From: Chlamydiota bacterium
GTDB lineage: Bacteria > Chlamydiota > Chlamydiia > Chlamydiales > JABHNK01
Assembly (NCBI GenBank): GCA_051744985.1
Contig: JBNJDP010000005.1
Coordinates: forward strand, 1 to 48,633
Length of the DNA: 48,633 nucleotides
Reading direction: 5' to 3'
Part shown: positions 10,437 to 20,568 of the stretch, piece by piece
Layout of the letters: every line of letters starts with the position of its first letter
How positions within the stretch are numbered: the first letter of the stretch is position 1
The notes under the pieces: model-generated
What the model saw: only the letters and a program-made list of their open reading frames with translations
Told to the model about the DNA's origin: nothing
The model's database searches: none
Program-made: the position numbers and the translations under genes

Positions 10437-12484
10437 AAAAAATTTTGATAACTTCAGCACTACCCTATGCTAATGGACCCTTGCATTTTGGCCATATCGC
10501 CGGAGCTTATCTGCCAGGGGATTGTTATGCTCGTTTTCAAAGAATGCACGGCAATGATGTCCGTTACTTCTGTGGTTCCGATGAATATGGAGTAGCTATC
10601 ACCATGAGCGCTGAGCTTGCAGGAAGAACTCCTAAGGAGCATGTTGATATTTTTCATGAAACTAACAAGGCTCTCTTCGAGCAGCTTAATTTCTCCTTTG
10701 ACCATTACTCTAGGACTACTTCTTCTGAGCACCAAGCTCCTGTCCAAGAGTTTTTCCTCGACCTCCTAAAAAATGGCTACATCGAAGAAAAAGTCTCCGA
10801 CCATCTTTACTCTGAAGCCGATGAAAAATTTCTTGCTGACCGCTATGTAGTAGGAACATGCCCACGCTGTGGCTATGATAATGCTCGTGGTGATGAATGT
10901 CAACATTGTGGGGCTGCTTATGATGTTGAGGATTTGATCGATCCGCGGTCTAAGATTTCTAATGCTCCTTTGGTGAAAAGACCTACTAAACATTGGTTTT
11001 TACTACTCGATAAATTTAAGGATAAATTATCGGCCTGGATAGAAACCAAAAATTGGAAGCCTAATGTTATTAACTTTATCAAAAATTATATCGATGACCT
11101 TAGACCTAGGGCTATTACACGCGATTCTAAATGGGGGATCCCCATACCACTGGAAGATACTGAAGGTAAAGTTCTGTATGTTTGGTTTGATGCCCCTGTA
11201 GGGTATATAACTTCTGCTATGGAGTGGGCTAAACAGCTAGGTCAACCTGATAAATGGCAAGATTATTGGTTTGATAATGATACTAAGTTGGTTCAATTTA
11301 TCGGTAAAGATAATATCCCTTTTCACTCTGTTATCTTTCCTGCAATGATTATGGGACAAGATAAGCCCTATAAGCTCGTCGATGACTTGCCAGCCAATGA
11401 GTTTTATAACCTTGAGGGCCGCAGGTTTAGTAAGTCTGAAGGGTGGTATATAGACTTGCAAGATTTCTTTACCAAATATACTGCTGATCAGATTCGCTAT
11501 ACTATTGCTGCCAATGCACCTGAAAATGCTGACTCGGAATTTACTTGGAGTGACTTTCAACGACGTTGTAATGTAGACCTGTTAGGGAAGTACGGTAATT
11601 TTGTTAATAGAACCTTGGTTTTTGCTGCCAAGCATTGCCAATCTAAAGTGCCAGATTGCCAAGATCTATCTCCTGAAGACCGGAAATTCCTCGGTAATAT
11701 TAACGCCACTATCAGCTTGGCAGCCGATAATTATGAGCAATATAGCTTGAGAAGAGCGTCTCAAGCAATTATGGAGTTGGCGCAGCAGGGCAATGTTTAT
11801 TTTGATCAGCAGAAACCTTGGCAGGATGCTAAGGACCCTGAGCGCCAGCAACGTTTGAGAAATACCATTAGCTGTTGCTTGGAGTGTGTTAAAGCTATGG
11901 CACTGATATCTTCACCGATAATGCCCGATGCGGCTCAGAAAGTCTGGCAGATGCTAGGTAATACGACATCTTTAGCGGCACAATTATGGAAAGACGTAGC
12001 TTCTCAGCCTTTGCCTGTTGGACAACCTTTGCCTAAACCAGAGATCTTGTTTTCTAAGGTTGAAGATCAGCAGACAGCTGATGAAATCGCTAAATTAAAA
12101 AATAACCTAGCTCAAGCACAACAAAAACAAAGGTCTTTAAAAGAAGAGCTACCCCCTTTAAAGGTAGAGGTTGACTATGAACACTTTGATCAGCTTGACT
12201 TGCGTGTAGGGGAGATTAAAGAAGCTCATAAAGTTAAAAAAAGTAAAAAGCTCCTGCAGCTTAAAGTCGATATAGGCTTAGAAGAGCGTACCCTTGTATC
12301 AGGGGTTAGCCAACATTATGATCCTCAAGAGCTAATAGGTAAAAAAGTTGTCGTCGTCGCCAACCTCAAGCCAGCAAAAATCATGGGAGTAACTAGCCAT
12401 GGAATGGTTTTAGCTGGCAGCCTATCTGGGATGCTTAGAATCGCCAAAATCGATGAGCTGCCAGCAGGCGCTAAAGTATCCTAG
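10433..12484 (+). CDS. metG: methionine--tRNA ligase with C-terminal tRNA-binding (Trbp111-like) domain
   Basis: LPYANG, HFGH, Zn knuckle CPRC/CQHC, YVWFDA, IGKDN, RFSKS; C-terminal DLRVGEI...VVANLKP...SHGMVLA. Confidence 0.98.
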   Translation: MKKILITSALPYANGPLHFGHIAGAYLPGDCYARFQRMHGNDVRYFCGSDEYGVAITMSAELAGRTPKEHVDIFHETNKALFEQLNFSFDHYSRTTSSEHQAPVQEFFLDLLKNGYIEEKVSDHLYSEADEKFLADRYVVGTCPRCGYDNARGDECQHCGAAYDVEDLIDPRSKISNAPLVKRPTKHWFLLLDKFKDKLSAWIETKNWKPNVINFIKNYIDDLRPRAITRDSKWGIPIPLEDTEGKVLYVWFDAPVGYITSAMEWAKQLGQPDKWQDYWFDNDTKLVQFIGKDNIPFHSVIFPAMIMGQDKPYKLVDDLPANEFYNLEGRRFSKSEGWYIDLQDFFTKYTADQIRYTIAANAPENADSEFTWSDFQRRCNVDLLGKYGNFVNRTLVFAAKHCQSKVPDCQDLSPEDRKFLGNINATISLAADNYEQYSLRRASQAIMELAQQGNVYFDQQKPWQDAKDPERQQRLRNTISCCLECVKAMALISSPIMPDAAQKVWQMLGNTTSLAAQLWKDVASQPLPVGQPLPKPEILFSKVEDQQTADEIAKLKNNLAQAQQKQRSLKEELPPLKVEVDYEHFDQLDLRVGEIKEAHKVKKSKKLLQLKVDIGLEERTLVSGVSQHYDPQELIGKKVVVVANLKPAKIMGVTSHGMVLAGSLSGMLRIAKIDELPAGAKVS

Positions 12485-12492
12485 TCGTGGGC

Positions 12493-13260
12493 TTAACGCG
12501 CCGTATATCCACCATCGATTACTAATTCACTGCCTGTCATGAATTTAGACTCGTCGGATGCAAGAAAGAGAATGCCATGGGCAATATCTAAAGGTTCACC
12601 TACATAACCTAAAGGGTGCTTGCTAGCTAATTGTTGGCGAAATTCCTCAACACCTTGCCCTGATTCTTCTGCCAAATTTTCTACTAGAGGCGTCCAAATA
12701 TAACCGGGATGGACGGAATTGACTCTAATATTTTGGGGTGCATACCAGATGGCATCGGTCTTGGTCATCTCCCTCACAGCTCCTTTGGAAGTATGGTAGG
12801 GAGGGATATCGGCAGCGCCGATGATGCCATAGATGGAAGAAAGATTGATAATGCTTCCTCCACTGTCTTCCATGAAGGGGATAGCATGTTTGGTACAAAA
12901 GAATACTCCATTAACATTGATATTCATAACATGTTGCCACTCTTCTTCGGAAACTTGATGGGGTGGCTTGTTGGCACCGCTAATTCCGGCGTTGTTTACG
13001 AGTATATCGATTTTCCCAAACTTTTCCATTACCATAGAAAAAGTATCTTTAACTTCCTCCTCTTGGGAAACATCGAGATGCCAATAGTTTGCTTCGCCTC
13101 CGGCTTGTTTAATCTCTTGGACTACTTGCTGCCCTTCCTCTTCCAGGATATCAGTAACAGCGACTTTTGCGCCTTCTTTAGCTAAGAGTAGCGCACTTTC
13201 TCTTCCGATCCCTAAGGCGCCTCCAGTGATAATGGCTACCTTGCCTTTTACTCTATTCAT
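12493..13260 (-). CDS. classical short-chain dehydrogenase/reductase
   Basis: TGGALGIG, NNAG, SSIYG, YHTSK, VHPG, GSELVIDGG; ATG 13260 preceded by GAGGAGG. Confidence 0.93.
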   Translation of the reverse strand: MNRVKGKVAIITGGALGIGRESALLLAKEGAKVAVTDILEEEGQQVVQEIKQAGGEANYWHLDVSQEEEVKDTFSMVMEKFGKIDILVNNAGISGANKPPHQVSEEEWQHVMNINVNGVFFCTKHAIPFMEDSGGSIINLSSIYGIIGAADIPPYHTSKGAVREMTKTDAIWYAPQNIRVNSVHPGYIWTPLVENLAEESGQGVEEFRQQLASKHPLGYVGEPLDIAHGILFLASDESKFMTGSELVIDGGYTAR

Positions 13261-13456
13261 ATAATCCTCCTCGTATGGTAGTGTTATTTTTATTCTTCCC
13301 TCACATGTATCAGATAGAAATTTTTGAGTAAACACACAAGTTGTCAATAGCCATAACTCAAGGGTGGTGCGCAATATTTAGTTAATAAAGTTGAAATCTT
13401 TTCCTAGATTGCTGTAAAACCAAATTAATTATAGTCATTTTTTGGGAGGCGGAAAT

Positions 13457-14116
13457 ATGTGTAAGAGTGTCAAAATAGCCCTTTTGTTGCTAATAACCCC
13501 TTTAGTATTGTGGGGGGTAGAAGCTCAAGGGCCTCTGGATGAACCGCAAAACGGTCAATGTATGACCATTACGGGCTTTAAGGATTATGGCAGCCATAAA
13601 TACATACAGTTTTGCGACGGCTCCCTCTGGATTATCGATCCTTTAGATGTTTATATTCTCAATAATCATTTAAGGGAGGATAACTTTTTGATCCAATCCA
13701 GCTATGATTATGAATATCCTCATCTGATATATTATACTGATGATGGGGCAACAGCTAAGATAGCATTAATACGCCTTGATGATGATGACCCCTTTATTCC
13801 CCAACAATCAGAACATTTATTAGACTCTTATTATATTTTGGATGAGCTCGAAAACGGCCTCGAAAGCTCATCGAGAGGAAATTATAATTACCGCGAAAAA
13901 AAATACGCTTCACATGGAATGCTGCGTCTTAAAGGGAACTATTATTGGCATATCGAGTCGGAAGAAGGAGTGAATTTGGCTGACTGGGAACATGGTGACA
14001 CTATTATGTTGATGATAAGGGTTCATGATACTGGCACATACTATTCTCAAGAAGGTTATGTTGCTGCCAATTTAGACAAAAATGAATGGGTATACGTTAC
14101 CCCTGTATTGATATAA
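13457..14116 (+). CDS. secreted hypothetical protein with two degenerate internal repeats
   Basis: signal-peptide-like N-terminus after GGAGG; YIQFCDGSLWII and MLRLKGNYYWHI segments. Confidence 0.7.
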   Translation: MCKSVKIALLLLITPLVLWGVEAQGPLDEPQNGQCMTITGFKDYGSHKYIQFCDGSLWIIDPLDVYILNNHLREDNFLIQSSYDYEYPHLIYYTDDGATAKIALIRLDDDDPFIPQQSEHLLDSYYILDELENGLESSSRGNYNYREKKYASHGMLRLKGNYYWHIESEEGVNLADWEHGDTIMLMIRVHDTGTYYSQEGYVAANLDKNEWVYVTPVLI

Positions 14117-14136
14117 ATGTGGAAAGAGGAAGGATA

Positions 14137-14928
14137 ATGGCGCTTTTAAGAAAAATAACCCTAGCAATGCTATTAAGTAGTGTACAGCTTTTTGGTGCTA
14201 CTTTAAACAGTAACAACCATACTATTCAGACTATCGGCGATGAAGAAAATAATGAAATTCAAATCTATTATAAGCCGGGATGGGTTACCAATACTCTTTA
14301 TAAAGATGGAATTTGGACCGGCAATGAAGATCTCGATGGCTTAACAAACAGCCTTAGGGTCGTTGCTCAAGTAACTTCGCCGAAAGGTGCCTATGCGGGG
14401 ATTTCTGCAAATCAAGTGCGTAGTGCCATGCAGGCGACATTAGAAGACAAAGGTTTTGTAGAAGAAATTCCTTTAAATCCCGATGATATTTTACCCTTCT
14501 TGCATGCTTCGGTAGTTATTATGCCTTCAGGTTTGACTTATGCTGTTAACTGCAGCTTACGTCTTGTAGAAGAAGTAACTTTGAAAAGAGATTCTTGGGC
14601 TAAAGACTTTACATGGCAAGCCATTACTTGGCAGGATGAGAAGCTGTTGCTCACTCGCCGCGATAGGGTCGATGATGATATTATCAGGGTTGTATCTGCT
14701 ATGGTTGACGATTTTCGCAAGCAATTTCAAACCGATAAAAAAATGGGGGGATCGCTAGAAAAAGAAGTCGAGCAGATAAGGCAAGAGATTGAAAAAGATT
14801 ACCAAAGAATGGAAGAGGCTGTCGAAGAGCATAATCAAAAGCTAAGCGAAAAGTATCGTGAAATTCTCGAAAAAGAAGAAGAGGAAGAGCTGGAAAAAGA
14901 ACAGCAGCTAGAACAGCAAGTAGAATAG
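14137..14928 (+). CDS. secreted hypothetical protein with a Glu-rich coiled-coil C-terminus
   Basis: signal peptide MALLRKITLAMLLSSVQLFG; purine-rich RBS before ATG 14137; acidic helical tail. Confidence 0.7.
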   Translation: MALLRKITLAMLLSSVQLFGATLNSNNHTIQTIGDEENNEIQIYYKPGWVTNTLYKDGIWTGNEDLDGLTNSLRVVAQVTSPKGAYAGISANQVRSAMQATLEDKGFVEEIPLNPDDILPFLHASVVIMPSGLTYAVNCSLRLVEEVTLKRDSWAKDFTWQAITWQDEKLLLTRRDRVDDDIIRVVSAMVDDFRKQFQTDKKMGGSLEKEVEQIRQEIEKDYQRMEEAVEEHNQKLSEKYREILEKEEEEELEKEQQLEQQVE

Positions 14929-14954
14929 TTAAAAAAATACCGAGGGAGAGGATA

Positions 14955-15890
14955 ATGAGTAAAATATTTCGTGCCATCAAAGATGGCTTTGTATTGGCAT
15001 TGCGACGATGGTTTATTTTAACGGGCTTTCTAATTTTTATTACGCTCTTTTTATATGCCTTAGGAGGTGTGGGTAAATACTTGGTAAACACTTATGAAGC
15101 CAAGACCCTCGACCTCAATAAGAAGTATTATGAAGAGGTTCAGGAGCTCAAGCAAGACGATCAACTTCAAGGTGATAATCTTCAAAACCTTCAAGAAAGA
15201 TATCAGCAAAAAATACAAAATAAAACCCGGCTATATCAGGTTTTAACCATAGCCTATAGTGTTGGGTATTGCTTTGTTGCCGGTTGGATAGGCCTGGGAT
15301 TTGTCAACATTATCTTAAAAATGAGTCAAGGGCGTAAAATGCGCTTCAGACATCTGTTTCCCAATATTTGCTTATTCCTGAAATATTTAGGCTCGGCATT
15401 ATTGTTTGTTTTACTTGTCATCCTTTGTAGTTTGCCGGCAGTGTTCCTTGTATGGGTAGGCACACAATATCCTACGGGACAAGCTTCGATAGGGGATATT
15501 AAATATAACCTGTGGCTGACAATAGCAGCAGCAGCTTACTTGTTGGTGATCAAGATTTACCTATATTTACGCTACCAGTTTTTCCCGCTCTATATTTTGG
15601 ATCATAAGATAGGGCCCATAAAGGCTTTAAGAAGTAGCGCTATCACCATGGGTGGCAATAAGTTTAAAATGCTGGTTTTCCATTTTCTGATGATAGCGGC
15701 TGCAGCGTGGGTGGTGGTGTTGGTGACAGCTCCTTTTTCTTACCTCAAGATCACTAATCAGTGGGCTTTGGGTTTTGGAAGCGTTGTTTTCTTGTTTGCC
15801 ATTTTGCTATGGTATTTTACATGGGTTGCCAGCTTTATCTATGCTTACCAAGCGTTGGATCAAGAAGACAGGCCAGCAGTTGAGGTTTAG
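14955..15890 (+). CDS. integral membrane protein (DUF975-like)
   Basis: about 6 hydrophobic segments; YLRYQFFPLYILDHKIGPIKALRSS...GNKFK pattern. Confidence 0.7.
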   Translation: MSKIFRAIKDGFVLALRRWFILTGFLIFITLFLYALGGVGKYLVNTYEAKTLDLNKKYYEEVQELKQDDQLQGDNLQNLQERYQQKIQNKTRLYQVLTIAYSVGYCFVAGWIGLGFVNIILKMSQGRKMRFRHLFPNICLFLKYLGSALLFVLLVILCSLPAVFLVWVGTQYPTGQASIGDIKYNLWLTIAAAAYLLVIKIYLYLRYQFFPLYILDHKIGPIKALRSSAITMGGNKFKMLVFHFLMIAAAAWVVVLVTAPFSYLKITNQWALGFGSVVFLFAILLWYFTWVASFIYAYQALDQEDRPAVEV

Positions 15891-15930
15891 CATTCACAAA
15901 AAGTTTTTATAGTTCGATAAGCTGTATGAT

Positions 15931-15964
15931 AGATACCCCTATGGCATAGGCCATAGGGGTATCT
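15931..15964. repeat. perfect 15-bp inverted repeat (terminator or REP-like hairpin)
   Basis: agatacccctatggc-atag-gccataggggtatct between convergent genes. Confidence 0.75.
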
Positions 15965-16052
15965 TATTGTCTGATTTTTTTTGATAATTGGTATAACTCT
16001 GAATAGTGCTACACCTTGAAAATCATCGCGCATGGTAAGATTGAAGAATGGG

Positions 16053-16895
16053 TTAATGGCGCAGTGTGCCTGCCCAGCCTAGCTTTTCACGCAGTGTGGA
16101 AAAATAGTCGTGACGCTTGAACTTTACTAGGCGGAAGCGGCGCTGGCAATAGGTGATATGAAAAACTTCACCTGTAGCAAGGTTGAACTTGGAGATGCCG
16201 TCGAAAGCAACTTCAACGGGAGGATAGTCGCTAAGATACTGAATTTGGATTTCCTGGTGAGGTAGAAAAACTAAGGGGCGATTGGAAACGGTGTGTGGGC
16301 AGATAGGCGTTAGCACCAGAGCGTGAAGCTCAGGGTATAGCAATGGCCCTCCTGCCGCCAAAGAATAAGCCGTAGAGCCGCTAGGAGTAGCTACAATAAT
16401 ACCATCAGCAGAAAAAGTGTTGAGATACTCTCCATCGATATGGATTGCAAGGTCGATTAAATGAGGGTTTTGAGCACGGTGTAAGACCATCTCGTTCACT
16501 GCCAAGCACGATTCACCATTATTAGTATTGCCTTGCATCATCACCCGCTCTTCAACCCTATAGTTGCCGTCCAAGATATCTTGGAGGCTAGGATATACAT
16601 CGGGGAGGGGGACATCTGCTAGAAAACCTAAGTTACCCAAATTTATAGCGATAATGGGTACATCAAGCTGAGGGTATTCGTGGACAAGCCTTAAGATAGT
16701 GCCATCACCGCCCATGGAGATGATAAAATCGACATCTTTAGCAGTGATCGAAGAGAGCGGGTCAGCACAAATTTCTTCAGCAAATTCATCGGGAGTGACA
16801 ACTTGTACCTTGCGCTGCTTCAAAAATTCGCATATCCCCAAAGCTAATTTTTTGCTAGCGCTTTTGTTAGTATTGGGAAATAAGGCTATAATCAT
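16053..16895 (-). CDS. nadK: NAD kinase
   Basis: GGDGT, NLGNLGFL, VNE, DGIIVATPSGSTAYSLAAGG, PICPH. Confidence 0.95.
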   Translation of the reverse strand: MIIALFPNTNKSASKKLALGICEFLKQRKVQVVTPDEFAEEICADPLSSITAKDVDFIISMGGDGTILRLVHEYPQLDVPIIAINLGNLGFLADVPLPDVYPSLQDILDGNYRVEERVMMQGNTNNGESCLAVNEMVLHRAQNPHLIDLAIHIDGEYLNTFSADGIIVATPSGSTAYSLAAGGPLLYPELHALVLTPICPHTVSNRPLVFLPHQEIQIQYLSDYPPVEVAFDGISKFNLATGEVFHITYCQRRFRLVKFKRHDYFSTLREKLGWAGTLRH

Positions 16896-16906
16896 TGGAT
16901 ATACTC

Positions 16907-18808
16907 CTAGTGCGTGGTGGCATAAACTCCACTATCTAAGGGTATATTATTCATTATGTTAGTAGCAATATCTTTATGCGTTAAGCCCAATTCTGCTAAA
17001 AGCTCTTCCTGGCTGCCGTGTTCTACAAAAGTGTCAGGAATACCAAAGTTTAAGGCTTTAATATTATTATAGCCATGGCTTACGAGGAAGTTGTTGATGA
17101 TAGAGCCCAACCCTCCCGACAAGGCATGCTCCTCAATAGTTACAATATTCTGGTGAGTGGTAAGCAAATCGCAAAGCAGATCGCTATCGAGAGGCTTGAC
17201 GAAGATAGGGTCGAGAACAGTAGCTTTGATGCCGGCTTCTTCATAGAGCTTTTTCTGCACCTTGCAGGCTGTTTCGCACATGTGCCCCAAGGCTATTATC
17301 AAGATATTTTCTCCCTCAATAAGAACTTCACCTTTACCTAGAGGACGATCCTGTAGTGGCAGTTCAACATCAGTGGTTGGCAGGTTAGGGTAGCGTATAG
17401 CTGTCGGGCGCTGCCAGGAAAAGGCTGAACTCATCAATTCCTTGAGGCGGTGTCCATCACGAGGTTGGGCGATGACCATGTTGGGCATAGTATTGAGGAA
17501 AGAAATGTCATATATTCCATGGTGAGTAGCTCCGTCGGCAGCAGAAAGCCCTGCTCGGTCAACATAAAAAACAACCGGTAATTCTTGCAGGCAAACATCA
17601 TGGAAAAGATTGTCGAACGCACGCTGTAGAAAGCTTGAGTAAATGGAGACGACAACATTGGCTTTATGCTTATAGGCAAGACCACCAGCAAAAGTTACAG
17701 CATGCCCTTCGGCAATACCTACGTCAAAGCAGCGCTCAGGGAACTTTTGGTTAAGCTTTTCTAAACATGACCCCGCCAACATTGCCGGCGTTACTGCCAT
17801 GAGGTCGTTGTCAGTTTCAGCCATTTTCACCATATGGTTACCGAAGATGCTAGGAAAAGAAGCTCCGCCAGATGATTTTTTAAATTTTCCGGACTTAGTG
17901 CAAAAAGGTTTGGCACCGTGGTAGGCGGTAGGGTTTTTGAGGGCTTCATCCATCCCCTGACCCTTATTGGTGACGGTGTGGATGATCACAGGCCATTGGG
18001 AGTCGCGAACACTTTCAAAAACACCGACGAGCTGCTCGATGTTGTGTCCATCAAAGGGGCCTAGATAAGAAAGGCCATACTCTTCGAAAAAGTTTGCCGG
18101 GCTTACTAACCCTTGGATCGATTCACGAACCTTCTTGCTCTGCTTCGCAAGAGTCGTCCCGTAAGGGGCCTTGGATAGCAGAGTTTCTAGCTCATGATAG
18201 AATTTACTCATCTTAGGGTTGCTAAGCCAGCGACTAAGGATGCTCGAAATAGCCCCCACATTTTTAGAGATCGACATCTTGTTATCATTAAGGATAATAA
18301 TAAATTTGCGTAAGTCTTTAGGGATGTTGTTTAGAGCTTCTAATGATAATCCGCAGGTGAGACTTCCATCGCCACTAACAGGAATAACATGATAATCTTC
18401 ATTATAAAGTTCGCGAGCTGCGGCTATCCCCAATGAAGAAGATATTGCCGTTCCGGCATGGCCTGTTAAAAAAGTGTCGTGGGGAGATTCTTTGGGAGAG
18501 GTAAAACCACAAACACCTTGGTATTGGCGTAGCGTATCTAAATTTTCATTGCGTCCCGTTAATATTTTGTGAGTATAACATTGATGGCTGACATCCCAGA
18601 TAAGCTTGTCTTTAGGAGAATTAAAACAGTAGTGTAGAGCGAGGCTAAGCTCGACTGTTCCCAAGTTGGAAGATAGGTGCCCTCCGGTTTGAGAGACAAC
18701 TTCAATGATACGTTGACGAATTTCTTCGGCTACAGCAGGAAGCTCATCGACAGACAGTTTTTTTAAGTCTTCGGGAGAGTGCAATGAAGGTAATCTAGAT
18801 AGGGTCAT
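16907..18808 (-). CDS. dxs: 1-deoxy-D-xylulose-5-phosphate synthase
   Basis: [19 protein letters not shown]...NDN ThDP motif, DVGIAE, DRAG, TIEE. Confidence 0.97.
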   Translation of the reverse strand: MTLSRLPSLHSPEDLKKLSVDELPAVAEEIRQRIIEVVSQTGGHLSSNLGTVELSLALHYCFNSPKDKLIWDVSHQCYTHKILTGRNENLDTLRQYQGVCGFTSPKESPHDTFLTGHAGTAISSSLGIAAARELYNEDYHVIPVSGDGSLTCGLSLEALNNIPKDLRKFIIILNDNKMSISKNVGAISSILSRWLSNPKMSKFYHELETLLSKAPYGTTLAKQSKKVRESIQGLVSPANFFEEYGLSYLGPFDGHNIEQLVGVFESVRDSQWPVIIHTVTNKGQGMDEALKNPTAYHGAKPFCTKSGKFKKSSGGASFPSIFGNHMVKMAETDNDLMAVTPAMLAGSCLEKLNQKFPERCFDVGIAEGHAVTFAGGLAYKHKANVVVSIYSSFLQRAFDNLFHDVCLQELPVVFYVDRAGLSAADGATHHGIYDISFLNTMPNMVIAQPRDGHRLKELMSSAFSWQRPTAIRYPNLPTTDVELPLQDRPLGKGEVLIEGENILIIALGHMCETACKVQKKLYEEAGIKATVLDPIFVKPLDSDLLCDLLTTHQNIVTIEEHALSGGLGSIINNFLVSHGYNNIKALNFGIPDTFVEHGSQEELLAELGLTHKDIATNIMNNIPLDSGVYATTH

Positions 18809-18820
18809 AAAAGTTGTTTC

Positions 18821-19093
18821 CTATGGTTGTTCAGAGAAAGGAAAATCTTGAGTTAAAGGCTGCGAGTTTTCATCGGTAGCTAGTCCACCTTGGCGGTTTT
18901 TTATTAGAACCTCAACTTTCTTTTCCGCTTGAGAAAGGCGACCTTGGCAGATAGCGATAAGCTTGTCGGCTTCTTCATAAAGCTTTAAAGCTTCTTCTAG
19001 AGGAACATTGCCGCTGTTCATCGTTTCTAGAATATCTTCTAGGCGTTCGAAAGCTTTCTCAAACTGAACTTCTTGCTGTTCTTTGTCAGTCAT
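18821..19093 (-). CDS. xseB: exodeoxyribonuclease VII small subunit
   Basis: FEKAFERLEDI...LEEALKLYEE...AEKKV; follows xseA. Confidence 0.93.
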   Translation of the reverse strand: MTDKEQQEVQFEKAFERLEDILETMNSGNVPLEEALKLYEEADKLIAICQGRLSQAEKKVEVLIKNRQGGLATDENSQPLTQDFPFSEQP

Positions 19094-20444
19094 TGGTTGT
19101 TACCTCGTTTGCTACAGCTTTTATATCACCATCAAATAAATGGATCTTTAATTTATCGCCTTTATTAACATTTTCCGTAGAAAATATAACTGAATTTTCT
19201 TTTTCAGAAAAGATAATACTGTATCCCTTTTGGAGAACATTGCGAGGGTTTAAGGCTTGCAGAGTGTTGCTGACAGCGGCAAGCTTTTCTTGCCTACTAG
19301 CGATAAGGTGGTTTATGGCGGTGTTGAGGCTGCTCTTTAGCTGGCAAAGTTTATTAGAATAGTAAGATAGCTGTGCTTGGGGTTTAAGTGCGATAAGGTG
19401 CTTTTGGCTAGCCTGAATCTTAGCCTTTTCAGTATCAATAAAATTGAAGATGGCTTCGTCAATGTTATGCCTGAAATCATCGACCCTTTGGAAATAGGTG
19501 CCTAGCAAGTAATCAGTATTGGTGAAAAAAGGATGGCCGGTGATAGCTGCTAAACGCTGGCGGTCATGCCTGATAATTTGCTGTAAACTTTGCTGTAGGC
19601 GACGTTGGACTTGTTGCAGGTTTTTTTCCTGCTGGGCTTTTTCAGCCATCGCTATTTCGGCAGCGGCCGAAGGTGTAGGAGCGCGAAGGTCAGCAACAAA
19701 GTCGGCAATGCAGTAATCAGTTTCATGGCCTACAGCGGAAATGATAGGGATTTGGCTTTCAAAGATGGCGCGCGCAGTGAGTTCTTCATTGAAAGCCCAA
19801 AGGTCTTCGATAGAACCTCCTCCACGGCCGACGATGATAACATCAGCAAGTTGGTAGCGGTTGAATTGTTCGATGGCCTGAGCGATTTCTTTAGATGCTT
19901 CGGGGCCCTGAACTTTTACTGGGTTGAGGGTAAGGTGGAAATCACTAAAGCGGCGGTTGAGAACGTTGAGAATATCTTGAATTACGGAACCTGTCGGGCT
20001 GGTAATAACCCCAATTCTTTTGGGGAGGTGGGGGAGCTCCTTCTTGTGCTCGGGGTTAAACCAGCCGCGCTGACGTAAATCTTTTTTTAATTCCTCAAAA
20101 CGCTGCCAATGTTGCCCTAGGCCGACATGGAATAATTCTTGGACAACAATTTGATATTTGCCATGAGGAGGATATACGTTGAGAGCACCTTGCACGATAA
20201 CCTGGTCACCAGCTTTAGGGAGGGTTGCAAGTTGTTGTGCAGAGCTGCGGAACATTACGGCCGAAATTTGAGCAGCATTGTCTTTTAAAGAAAAATAGAG
20301 GTGGCCTGAAGATTGGCGCTTGAAGTTGCTGATCTCTCCTTGAAGAGCAATGTTACTAAAAGAGCCTTCTAGTTGTTGTTTAACAAGGTGGGTTATCTGC
20401 GAGATCGTTAAGATTCTAGGTTGTGGCGGGAAGTTTTTTTTCAT
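19086..20444 (-). CDS. xseA: exodeoxyribonuclease VII large subunit
   Basis: GEISNF, SGHLYFSLKD, IGVITSPTG, RGGGSIEDLW, SAVGHETD, APTPSAAAE; start placed at ATG 20444. Confidence 0.97.
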   Translation of the reverse strand: MKKNFPPQPRILTISQITHLVKQQLEGSFSNIALQGEISNFKRQSSGHLYFSLKDNAAQISAVMFRSSAQQLATLPKAGDQVIVQGALNVYPPHGKYQIVVQELFHVGLGQHWQRFEELKKDLRQRGWFNPEHKKELPHLPKRIGVITSPTGSVIQDILNVLNRRFSDFHLTLNPVKVQGPEASKEIAQAIEQFNRYQLADVIIVGRGGGSIEDLWAFNEELTARAIFESQIPIISAVGHETDYCIADFVADLRAPTPSAAAEIAMAEKAQQEKNLQQVQRRLQQSLQQIIRHDRQRLAAITGHPFFTNTDYLLGTYFQRVDDFRHNIDEAIFNFIDTEKAKIQASQKHLIALKPQAQLSYYSNKLCQLKSSLNTAINHLIASRQEKLAAVSNTLQALNPRNVLQKGYSIIFSEKENSVIFSTENVNKGDKLKIHLFDGDIKAVANEVTTND

Positions 20445-20568
20445 GTCGACAAGCTGAGCATTACTGTTTTTTAACCTTGAATATTTTTGGGTTGAGAAGG
20501 TAAAATTGTTTTTGCTTAGTTTATTATTAAACCCTAAAAGTTTTAAACCTTCAACAGGCGTTTGTGTT

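Noticed and set aside
12709-13185. 158-aa + strand ORF
   Set aside because: Fully antisense to the SDR; typical shadow ORF with no motif
19093-20078. Several + strand ORFs of up to 157 aa
   Set aside because: Antisense to xseA, with no RBS or recognisable domain
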